Below, piece after piece: positions 1-9,007 of a stretch of DNA of 19,505 nucleotides. The notes beneath the pieces were generated by a model. The model ran no database searches. It saw only the letters and a list, made by a program, of their open reading frames with translations, and was not told the origin of the DNA. A program made the position numbers and the translations under genes. The stretch is from the NCBI RefSeq assembly GCF_006345805.1, contig NW_021823939.1, positions 1 through 19,505 on the forward strand. Reading direction: 5' to 3'. Within the stretch, counting starts at the first letter, position 1. Every line of letters begins with the position of its first letter. The stretch is from Octopus sinensis. Taxonomy: Eukaryota.

Positions 1-1410
1 AGAGTTGTGCTAAAAAATATTTTAAATATAAAACCAGAGAACGCTGTTCGCTTTTGAATCCGGGAAACAGCTCGTTTGGGACGTCACCTGTTCCAACTCC
101 TTCGCCAAGGGTGCCTTAAATGCTACGGCTTGTCGACCCGGCTCGTCGGCCGAGAAGGCCGAATTTGCAAAACTATCGAAATATGTTGATTTACTCGATC
201 GATTTTGCTTTTGGGCAATTGCTGTCGAAACCTCCTGTGTTTTTGGGGCCAAGACGCTTGCCCATCTCAAGAAACTTGGCCGCTTGTGCACCCACCGCTC
301 CAGAGATCCGAGGGAATTTATATTCCTCATTCAGAGGATCTCGCTGGCTGTTTTACGCGGGAATTGTCTTTCAATCCTGCGAGCCAGTTCATAATAGCTA
401 GTTTTTTTTTGATTTCGTTATTTTTATTTTTCCAAAAAAAAAACCAGAGAAAAAATCTGAGTAAACTGGGATTTTAACATGGTCCGAAAAATCATTTCAT
501 ATTTAGGGGCAAGACAGCAATGTGAAGCCAATTTGGCTTGAATATTGAACTGAAATAATTATAATAGTTACTTACTATAGAATACAACTCATCTGTGACA
601 AATTCATCGGTTGAATTAATTACAATTCCCGTCATCATATTAACTGTTAAAATCATCATTTTATTGGCTTCGTCGTCATTCAGTGGTACGTCGAATGTGT
701 CCCATTTATCAACATGATTTGCCAAAACAGTACATATTTGATTCATAATATTCAAGTTTTTGAAACAAATAAATGCAAAAATATTCCGGTTTATATCAGA
801 ATTGTGGCTTGAATTAAATAAAGATGATTTGAAATACGAAATCATTTCTTGATGTTCATGATTATCAATTCCTGAAAAGTAAATCGGAAAAAATTTACGA
901 GAAATATGAAAGCAAAAATCCGATGGAGATAATTCAAAATCTTCAATTTCGCCCTGCATGTTATAAAATCTTGAAATTCTGTTCAAAAATGGTAACACGT
1001 GTATGACTCAACCAGAACAAATGTCCAGTAATCTGCTATTTGAGTCGAAATTGAAACAAAATTATGAACTAATTTAGATCAGTCAATTGTTTCTCCTTAA
1101 ACAGGACTCTTTTATGCCATACTCGTCTTTCAAACACAACACATAATATACTATCATTCTTAGATTAAGAATATTCGTTTCATTTGTTATTGATTGTTTT
1201 ATTGCATCTTTCATTGATTTTTTAATAGAAAATAAGCTTTCTAGTGAAATAATAATAAAATAGTATGGTGTGTCTGCACCAATTTCAAATTAGCAAGATA
1301 CTGATAAATTGTGAAAGTACTTTTTCCTTATAATTAGTCAATAATGGGGAACAAGTGATGAGGTGAGGTCCTTTAAAAACATTCCACCTAAAATTCTAAC
1401 ATATTTACAA
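1..1410 (-). CDS. Partial multi-exon host gene of unknown function with micro-introns; runs off the left edge
   Basis: ORF 492-998 contains a canonical 26-nt intron GTAAGT...TTTCAG (575-550). Removing it gives a 105-nt phase-0 exon (549-445, FNIQAKLASHCC...QIFSL) that ends at a GT donor at 444. Other candidate introns: 898-872 (27 nt, in frame), a 28-nt GTATCT...GTGCAG near 1300, and a 26-nt one near 1390-1410. The exon chain between 1000 and 1100 could not be resolved. No family recognised. Confidence 0.6.
42..439 (+). mobile_element. 5'-truncated CRE-like non-LTR retrotransposon (restriction-like endonuclease C-terminus) with short poly(A) and 12-bp TSD
   Basis: Frame +2 (no ATG, so absent from the ORF track) reads ...SGKQLVWDVTC...AEKAEFAKLSKY...IAVETSCVFG...FLIQRISLAVLRGNC..., stop at 392-394. 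This matches the LVWDxT / KxxKY / ET / QRxSxAxxRGN pattern of CRE-clade RLE domains. AAAACCAGAGAA occurs at 30-41 and 440-451, with an A-run at 434-439. Confidence 0.85.
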
Positions 1411-1491
1411 TACCTTCGATGACGTGATCCTTAAAACCTTCACACCAAGAAAATTAAAAAAAATTTCTGCATACTGGTTAAAATAAGCAAA

Positions 1492-2624
1492 GTGAATGTT
1501 TTCGACTTTTATGATAAGATCCCTTTAAATATTATAAGCAAAAAAGTAAAGAATTATTTTCAACATGTTAATAAAAACGAGAGAGAGAACTTTAACACTG
1601 ATGTTCATCCAACCCCCATTTTTAGAAATATATATTATTTTTCTCAACTTTTTTTGAAAAAAGAAAACACGGACAAAAATTATTTTAAACTGCCGGTTCA
1701 TAAGACGCCTTGACAGTTCCTCAGACGATGCCCAACAAGACTAAAAGAGATGAAGAGTCTTTTGGGGATCCTTATTTTTCATTAAAATCTTCGTACAGGC
1801 ATAAAGAGATACAGGCATAAATTTTTAATATTTTTGTAATTGAGATAAAAAGAGTCCAAGACGAAAGACAAGCTCGATCTGCGAGAATTTCCAGAGAACG
1901 GTTACGTGTAGAAAGATGAAGTCAATTTAAATGTCTTCAATCATCTTGATAATATTAGTTGAAACATTAAAACAAATATTAAAACAAGAATACTGTTTTT
2001 TTAAGGAAGTGAATATCTTCATTTTTTAATTAGTCTTTAAATTTAAAAAATGCATTTTATTAATTAATAAAAAAATTCGGACCTCGGAAATCGTCAAATA
2101 TGATGTCACAAAAATTATTTTTGGTTTGCTTTTATTGGGCTTGTCCTTAACGGTTCGAAATCTGGCTGCCTTGGTTCCCAAATCAGTGGCAAGGAGATTA
2201 GAAAGGCTCTCTGTGACAACAAAAATGAAATAGAAATCCTTATCTTACGTATCTGCAAACTTGAATCTCATCTGGTGCTTTTCCTAATGAAGAACTATTT
2301 TTTATTCCGAAACTTACTTTCCTTATGCACTCATCACCTTTCTTTCTCAAGCAAGAACATCTATCTCGTCTTTATAATTTGGTTTTAAAGCCCCCGAGTT
2401 GCTGGTGAATATCATATTCAAACCTGGTGACATACTGCGTGACAATTTACCTAATCGTTGCGGGGCATCGGTATCTGCTTTGCAGAGATTTATCCCTGCC
2501 ATGCTATCTATCATCGTTGTCCGATTCCACTAATTTTGTCACTCTGTTTTCTTTTCCTCTTCTGAATACTCCTTGGCATGAGATTTTCCCGCCACATCAA
2601 TGCAAAACAATTTTAGCCTTATAA
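1492..2624 (+). CDS. Possible fragmented multi-exon host gene, product unknown
   Basis: Several protein-like open stretches (1492-1713; MPNKTKRDEESFGDPY...; IKRVQDERQARSAR...; a ~90-codon frame at about 2130-2390) are separated by intron-like 25-30 nt T-rich segments. I could not build a consistent exon chain. Confidence 0.3.
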
Positions 2625-2869
2625 TTAGGGCGAACTAAGTTAAAAAAGTGTTAAAATTTAATAATAGTAAATAAATAATAATTTAAATGATTTTTTAACT
2701 ATATTTTATTATAAATAAATGCATATCAAACATTATTATAGGTTAAAAAGTTAAAATTTAAAAATTATATAGGTTAAAATTATTTTAACCTTATATTTTT
2801 TGATATAATTTATTAATTTTTTAAATTAACAATTAATAATACATTTTGTAACAAAAATTTTTGGTTTAC

Positions 2870-3265
2870 ATGCCTAAGATAGCAAAATCGTATCAAATCA
2901 AAGCTAAAGCCATGTTAAGGATTATCCTCAAGAATTTATGATTCTTGAGGATGGTGTATTATATTGTCGTCTCTGTTTGTGTAATATTAAATGCGAAAAA
3001 GGCATTTTGTAAATTCTCATCGATCCTCACAGAAACATCAAAATTCATTGAGTTTATTCGAAATAAAAATTATTTTTTGTAGATTATCTGACCACATCAC
3101 ACCAAACAAATATTGACCAATATGCCAAAAATGATGATTGGGCTCTACAAGTAACCAGAGCATTCATTAAATCCGATATTCCGCTAAACAAACTATCTAT
3201 GCCATGGCTTAGAGAATTGTTTTACGGAGGTTCTGTGCGAGTACCCTCACCATCGAAGGCAACAT
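2870..3265 (+). pseudogene. CGGBP1-like hAT transposase, N-terminal part with Cys/His zinc-finger region
   Basis: MPKIAKSY...EDGVLYCRLCLCNIKCEK(R)HFVNSHRSSQKH, then after a 31-nt GT-AG intron (3052-3082) ...WALQVTRAFIKSDIPLNKL. Two single-A losses in A-runs are needed to keep the frame. Confidence 0.75.
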
Positions 3266-3361
3266 TTGTCCACGGAAAATCTTTGCAATTAACCGATATA
3301 TGCAATTAACCGATGTTTTAATAAAAATCAATAATTTTTTAATAGTCAAGAAAAGAAATAA

Positions 3362-3904
3362 TCAAAAACGTTTAAAAAAATCATTAATTTTGGACTGTCT
3401 AGTTCTGGCAAAGGCGTAGGACGCTTTTTCTAGTTCATAAAAGTTGTCCATATCCATTTCACTTGTTAAATCGCTGTTAGTAAATTGTTGCTATTTTGAC
3501 TTCCCTCCAAGCCATTTGAGCATGTGTAGCGCATCCAAAAGAGTGATAGAATTTGAGACAGGCATCGTCTGAATCAATTACGGCAATCACTTTTTGTAAA
3601 AATGCCAATCTGTAGTTGTGCCTAGACTTTTTATAATCCCCATATCACATGGCTGAATGCATGCGGATGTGTTGGGTTTCTACGTTCTTTTCTTTCCCAT
3701 CGCGTCGTCTTTTTCGACTCAAATGGTGCAATTAGATTCAGCCAATAGCATAATTCTTCTCTATTCTTCAAAATCCGTGAGACTTGAGACTGAGACAGTT
3801 GAATCTTGCAGATAGAGCTGATTGAGTTTGACCTCCTTGAATAAACAAATTGATTATTTCCAATTTTGAGAAAGTGTAAGATCACGACGTAACGAAGATG
3901 ACAT
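3362..3904 (-). pseudogene. pogo/Tigger transposase remnant (HTH-psq/CENP-B N-terminus fused to late DDE region)
   Basis: MSSSLRRDLTLSQKLEIINLF...FNCSQSQVSRILKNREE...SRKRRRDGKEKNVE is joined directly to PNTSACIQPCDMGIIKSL ...ITLLDALHML...WREVK..., ending RQSKINDFFKRF*. Most of the catalytic core is deleted, and there are several 1-nt frameshifts. Confidence 0.8.
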
Positions 3905-3924
3905 GTGTAATAATAATTAAATTT

Positions 3925-4244
3925 GCTCAGGCTGAGGAGGCTAAGAGGTCGAAGTATGGAAATATTTCGGACTCTTACGAGTTTGTCCCCTCGCCTTCGA
4001 AACATCTGGAATTGTCGGCAGGTCTGCGACTCGCCTTCTTGCCGACATTGCCAGGAGAATCGCCAAGAAGACCAACGACCGGAGGGAGACGAGCTGGCTC
4101 TTCCAGCGAATCCTCGGTCGCAGTGCTCCGCGGAAACTGCCACTCGATTACGCAGTGCGGCGACTTTGAGCTGACCTCCAGGCTCTTTATTAATTCGTGT
4201 ATAACTTATTCCTATTTAATTAAATATAGGTAACTATATAAAAA
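3925..4244 (+). mobile_element. 5'-truncated CRE-like non-LTR retrotransposon 3' fragment
   Basis: With two 1-nt frameshifts it reads AQAEEAKRSKYGNISDSYEFVP(L)AFETSGIVG...WLFQRISVAVLRGNCHSI. Candidate 10-bp TSD AATTAAATTT at 3915-3924 and 4245-4254 follows an A-run; the TSD is low complexity. Confidence 0.8.
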
Positions 4245-4327
4245 AATTAAATTTTAAAATTACAAATTATAATTATGCAATTATGCGAAAATTTTAAGAA
4301 AAAATAGTAAATGTTCCCAATGAGAGT

Positions 4328-4747
4328 ATGCAATTAACCGATTTATGCAATTAACCGATATGCAATTAGCCGATATTTTTTCAATGGAAACCATATAAGT
4401 TATGGTTTTAAACATGATTTATGCCATTAACCGATTTATGCAATTAACCGTATGCAATTAGCCGATATTTTTTCAATGGAAACCATATAAGTTATGGTTT
4501 TAACATGAATTTATGCCATTAACCGATTTATGCAATTAACCGATATGCAATTAGCCGATATTTTTTCAATGGAAACCATATAAGTTATGGTTTTAAACAT
4601 AATTTATGCCATTAACCGATTTATGCAATTACCGATATGCAATTAGCCGATATTTTTTCAATGGAACCATATAAGTTAGGTTTAAACATGAATTTATGCC
4701 ATTAACAACGATTTTGCAATTAACCGATATGCAATTAACCGATGTTT
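4328..4747. repeat. ~93-bp tandem repeat (4 full units plus a partial one) derived from the pogo subterminal region
   Basis: Unit starts are at 4328, 4421, 4513, 4606 and 4696. Each unit has three ATGCAATTA(A/G)CCGAT-type motifs plus an AAACCATA-TAAGT-TATGGTTT hairpin. Confidence 0.95.
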
Positions 4748-4753
4748 ACTGTA

Positions 4754-5437
4754 TTACACAATTGTTGTGAGAAAATAAAAGCCTCCTATCCGGAAATTGA
4801 TTTGATGATTGCTACTGTACAAGCAGCAATTAACAAGAACAATACAAGAAAACGAATATTTAAAGACAGAAACATCGCCATTCCACCTCGTGTGCATTTG
4901 ACAAGATGGGGGAGTTGGCTTAAGGCCGCTACTTACTATTCAGAAAATCTGATCGGAGTACAAAATATTTTCGAATCATTCGCGGATGATGGATATCTAG
5001 TTCGAACAGCCAAAGAAAGTCTTCGAAACCATGTATTAGTGAGCAGTCTATGTGACCTTATCCGAAGCTATTCAAACATTCCAGGTTTTCGAGTAAATGT
5101 CGCTATTGCAGATATTATTACGAAATTTGAAAGTACGCGCTTCACAATTGAACAGGCATATTATTGTTTAGAATCGTTGGAATTTGGGAATGACAACAAA
5201 TTTATCAAAGAATACATAATTCAAAAGGCTTAAAACAAACGATATTTCGAACATAATTAAAATGACTAATTCACAAATATCTCCTGCCGAGTATGCATTA
5301 CTTCTGAATTGTCAGCCGACCTCGTGCTCGTTGAAAGAACTTTCTCCCTAATAAAGAGTTTTCTAAGATCCAACCGAAATTTTCTACAAGAAAATTTAGA
5401 AAATTATGTAATTTGTATGTGCAACAAACATTTTTAG
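4754..5437 (+). pseudogene. CGGBP1-like hAT transposase, C-terminal part
   Basis: LHNCCEKIK...PPRVHLTRWGSWLKAATYY...; after a frameshift, ...NCQPTSCS(V)ERTFSLIKSFLRSNRNF (hAT dimerisation-type motif), stop at 5435-5437. The ORF's MFTV start is contributed by the pogo TIR. Contains a 27-nt in-frame GT-AG intron at 5085-5111. Confidence 0.85.
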
Positions 5438-5690
5438 TGTTTTTATTGTTTATTTATAAAGTTAATTTTTGGGTTAATTTTTTTTAGTTTTTAGGTTAAT
5501 AAAGTTAATTTTTTTACTTATAATTTTTGATTGATTTATTTTATTAAAACACCAAGACCACTTTATATAAAATTTAGAAAATAATGTAATTTGTATGTGT
5601 ATCAAAGAGTTTCAGCGTTTCTATTGTTTAGTTATAGTTAAATTTTGGGGTATTTTTTTTCGTCTTCAGATTAAGAAAGTTAAATTTTTT
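5393..5690 (+). repeat. Diverged direct duplication of the hAT transposase 3' end and 3' flank
   Basis: AATTTAGAAAAT(T/A)ATGTAATTTGTATGTG... begins at 5393 and again at 5571, with about 100 bp alignable and multiple substitutions. Confidence 0.75.
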
Positions 5691-5799
5691 AGGTTAAATT
5701 TTTTATCTCCTAGGTTAAAAAATCGCCCTAGTCATTGTAGAATCGACAGCTCTATTTCGATTAAGTAAACGGTATTCCAAGTAAACCAAAATAATAGAA

Positions 5800-6230
5800 T
5801 GCTCATTTTTATATATCATCAAAATCTAAATAATTGAATTCACGATTATGTAAATCATCCTTTTCCTTAATTAATCGTCATAGTGAGTTGTATAATTAAT
5901 GGAAAAAAAGATAAAAGAAAACTAAACACTCACTCAAAAGAATGATCATGTTTTAACTTGAATTTCCATTTTCTATAATACTGCATATCCTGCGACGTCT
6001 TCTCAACAGTGTCCATGTAATAAACAAGTTCCTCGGACAACTCCGACAATAACTACAACACAAATGGCACGTGATACTTCTTTATCAAGTCGACCCTTAT
6101 TCTGTAAACTCCCAATTAGAGACAAAAACTCCTCGACTGCTGAATATGGGAAGCAAACTTCTGAATCTTTGAAAAGCAGGCAATTCTAAATAAATACACA
6201 TCACTTCTTACTTTAACACCAAATTTCTAA
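5800..6230 (-). CDS. Small multi-exon host gene of unknown function, divergent from arginine kinase
   Basis: GT-AG introns at 6211-6186 (26 nt, GTAAG) and 6077-6053 (25 nt) flank a 108-nt exon (NCLLFKDSE...RLDKE). This splices in frame to a 119-nt exon (LLSELSEELVYYMD...KWKFKLKHDHSF) that ends at a GTGAGT donor (5933). Start and final exons are unresolved. Confidence 0.55.
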
Positions 6231-6348
6231 TTTGAATTATTTCTAATTTGAATTAGTTTTGTTTCACATTAACTAGTGTACGTGAAAATCGATTTTTATA
6301 ACATGTATAAATTCAGATAGCTCGTGAATTAATTAGTTTTCACGTAGA

Positions 6349-7532
6349 ATGGAAGCTTTGTGGACAAAGTATAAAACTACGGAATCAAAAAGCCTGCTTA
6401 AAAAATATTTGACTCAAGATCTCTACGACTCCCTTAAGGGACTTAAGACTTCTTATGGAGGAGAACTTTCAAATTGTATCACTCCAGGTTAGAATTAGCT
6501 TTTAATTTGTAAGGCCTAACTAATACCGATTCTCAGATAGGTATGTATGCTTGCGATCCAGAGGCCTATACGTTATTTGGACCACTTATTAATTTAATTA
6601 TAAAAGATTATCACAAAGTACGTGTACTTTTCAATTGCTTAGATAAGTAATTCAATAACACCCTCAACCCAATTTTGGTATTTGGACAACCTGCCATTTG
6701 GAGATTTGGATCCCGATAATAAATATATCATTTCAACACGTGTCAGAGTTGGAAGATCTCTTGAAGGCAGACCATTCCCGCCTCTTTTGTCAAAGCAGGT
6801 ACATTTTACCTTGAAATATGTATTCGTAGGATAGACTTGATATGGAGAACGTTGTTAAGAAGGTTTTTAGTCAATTTACTGGCGACCATGCAGGGACATA
6901 CTATGCTTTGTCCAATATGAGTAAAGAAGTCGAAAAGCAATTAGTCGAGGATCACTTTTCTTTCAAGACGACAATAGGTTGTGTTTATACAATTTTTTTG
7001 ATTTCTACGGACTGCCTGTGGATATAACCATTGGCCTGCCGGACGTGGAATCTATCATAATGATTCCAAGACATTTCTGATCTGGGTCAATGAGGAAGAT
7101 CATTTGAGAATAATTTCTATGCAGAAGGGAGGGAATCTTTCAGAAGTTTACAGGAGACTGATAGAGGCTTGCTTATTTATATAATTTTTGAAGGGAGTAA
7201 ATAAATTTGGTGCCTGTGGGATGAATTTTGCGCATAACGAAAATTTGGGTTATTTAACATATTGTCCAACTAATTTGGGAACAACAATTCGTGCTTCTGT
7301 TCATATCAGAATCCCTTGGCTCAGTTCGCAGCCTAATTTTAAAGAAATTTGTGAGAAATTAATGGTCCAGCCTCGTGGTATTCATGGAGAGCATACCGAA
7401 AGTGTTGGCGGAGTTTACGATATATCGAATAAGCGAAGACTCGGCATTTCTGAAATTGACGTTGTAGCAGAAATGGCTAACGGGGTTAAGAAAATCATTG
7501 AAATGGAATCTTCAAAGAAAATCAACATTTAG
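6349..7532 (+). CDS. AK: Arginine kinase (ATP:guanido phosphotransferase family), ~350 aa, 6 exons
   Basis: Exons 6349-6487, 6514-6617, 6643-6798, 6830-6977, 7001-7166 and 7194-7532; introns of 26, 25, 31, 23 and 27 nt. Motifs: KSLLKKYLT, DSxxGx[62 protein letters not shown]. One missing base near 6966 and a TG instead of AG acceptor at 6999-7000 are probably read errors. Confidence 0.95.
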
Positions 7533-7894
7533 ATGATTAATCTAATTTAATAATGGTTTCTAAATATTAAAGTTTTGATTCACCTTCAAATCATTCATTT
7601 TTAAAGTTTTCTCTAGGTTAGAATTCATATATTGGATGTTTAAAAATATTTGTAAGCGAATTTTTTCTACTAAAAATTATATGAACGAATTAAATAATAT
7701 CAAGGTTAAAAATCCTAGAAATTATTTCCTGTTTTTGGCCTTGAACATATTTCAAAGTTAATACCTTTTTTATCGCGGATTTCTTTTTCATTATCTTGTT
7801 TTAAATAATTTTACGTAGTACAAATTATCATTAAATAAAGAACAAAGTTAGATGCTAGCTAGGGTAATTGATTTAAAAGTTAGTCAAGAGCCTA

Positions 7895-8259
7895 AGGTTC
7901 AGCTCAACCAAGCCAAACTGTGTATTGAATGGCAGTTTCTGCGGAACACAGCGACCGACGTTTGCTGAAAGACTCAGCTTGTCTCCGCTCGTTTATTTTC
8001 GAGGAGATTCTCCTACCGACGTAAGTGAGGTGTTTCTTCAGGTTTCGAAGGCAAGCAGAGGAAAATCAAAATAATCCGGAATACACAGGTATTTCGTCCT
8101 CTTTGAAACCTCGGCCTGAGCGCTGGCGGAGCCTGGGTGGCTGCAGGTTTGAATAGCATATGTGGCGTTTAAAACTAGGGGCTTGCCTTTCCTGAAAGGA
8201 GAAGTCGTCATCCAGTCGGAACACTTGCCGTCGGTCTGGAAAAGGCCGACTGGCTCTAG
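7895..8259 (-). mobile_element. Degenerate CRE-like non-LTR retrotransposon 3' fragment
   Basis: The minus strand reads LEPVGLFQTDGKCSDWMT..PFRKGKPLVLNAT...SAQAEVSKRTKY...LAFET*..., which aligns by eye with LEPxGLxRxDGKRPDGMT..PW..G..LVWDAT of CRE RLE domains. It has stops and frameshifts, and no TSD was found. Confidence 0.75.
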
Positions 8260-8601
8260 AAAAAAAGGAAACCAGCTGCTTCTAGTTTATTTTTCAGTCA
8301 GCAGCATTGTGTTAGTGGTATAGAGGATTACTCTAGTGGAATTTGAAATTATTTCAAAATTCTAATGCGGGGGTGTCAAAGATACGGCCCCCGGGCCAGA
8401 GCTGGCCCGCGGTAAAAGTTTAAAAGTGTATTTAAAATCTAAAATTATTATTTAAGGTAATCTCCAATTTTAGTCATGCTATAAATCTCGACGTATAAGC
8501 AATAGATTTTAATTATTTTTTTATTTTTTATTAATTTAAGTTAATTTTAATGAATTTGTCTATTGGATTGTCTGGATTTTATATTTTTTAAAGAATAAAA
8601 A

Positions 8602-8970
8602 TTAAGCCGAAAAAACATATTTGTAAACTATTAGGAGCAGAAATTCTTGGAATATCTTCTCTTTATCAACTACCGAGGTCCGCCACGTGAATTCGTCAAA
8701 ATAAGATTCAAATAACGCTCGCGATGTTCCTAAAATAAATTTACGAGTTTCACCAAATTGCCTTTTTAGCTTTCTTTTCCCTCGCATCCATGTGTTCTCA
8801 ATATTTTGAGTATGGATGGAGCGGTCCAAAGGGTGAACAAAATGTTCGGAGTGATTTATCACAGAATGTGAATAAATCCCTCCTCCAATGTGTACAATCC
8901 CACTATAGGCTGCCCAACCATTAGTAATGATATGGGTGCCGGGAAGCACGCGTCGAACGATAACTTCAAT
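8602..8970 (-). mobile_element. Merlin (IS1016/ISXO2-like) transposase C-terminal fragment nested in the Charlie element
   Basis: IEVIVRRVLPGTHIITNGWAAY...VINHSEHFVHP...IHTQNIENTWMRGKRKLKRQFG-TSRALF. These are the LPGT/xxWxAY/NH/HTQxIExxW motifs of Merlin transposases. Contains a 24-nt intron at 8753-8730. Confidence 0.9.
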
Positions 8971-9007
8971 GACTTCCTAAAATTAGTTTAAGGATGACTT
9001 ACTGGAA

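Larger units (their letters stand above)
3266..4751 (-). mobile_element. pogo/Tigger-like DNA transposon, internally deleted, with one terminus lost
   Basis: The right end reads ...CCGATGTTTACTG|TA (4751, TA at 4752-4753), i.e. a CAGT-type TIR with a TA target. Subterminal ATGCAATTAACCGAT motifs occur at 3284-3315 and 4328-4745. A transposase remnant lies inside. Confidence 0.8.
2626..5730 (+). mobile_element. hAT transposon (CGGBP1-like transposase), interrupted by a pogo insertion
   Basis: Terminal inverted TAGGGCGA at 2626-2633 and TCGCCCTA at 5723-5730, with AGGTTAA motifs repeated in both subterminal regions. Transposase pieces lie inside. No matching 8-bp TSD (CTTATAAT versus GTCATTGT). 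Confidence 0.65.

Noticed and set aside
22-477. ORFs 22-330(-), 120-401(+) and 205-477(+)
   Set aside because: Antisense or off-frame readings of the CRE fragment; the recognisable protein is in frame +2.
3631-4233. ORFs 3631-4143(-), 3898-4233(+) and 3923-4174(+) as genes
   Set aside because: Chimeric readings across the CRE insertion and the frameshifted pogo transposase.
6349-7532. Ciliate genetic code or a bacterial/viral origin
   Set aside because: TAA/TAG behave as stops and do not occur in conserved exons, and spliceosomal introns are present.
7610-7870. MITE related to the CGGBP1-like hAT ends (AGGTTAAAAATCCTAG near 7705)
   Set aside because: Only a short motif in AT-rich DNA; no paired TIR or TSD found.
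8456-8480. Merlin terminal inverted repeat starting GGTAATCTCC
   Set aside because: No partner TIR or TSD in the window, so it cannot be supported.
8977-9002. A second Merlin micro-intron (GTAAGT...CTAATTTTAG, 26 nt, minus strand) preceded by an RTAA-like motif
   Set aside because: Splicing does not restore the frame, and the upstream bases read better as Charlie transposase (AAVR) on the plus strand. Left unresolved.
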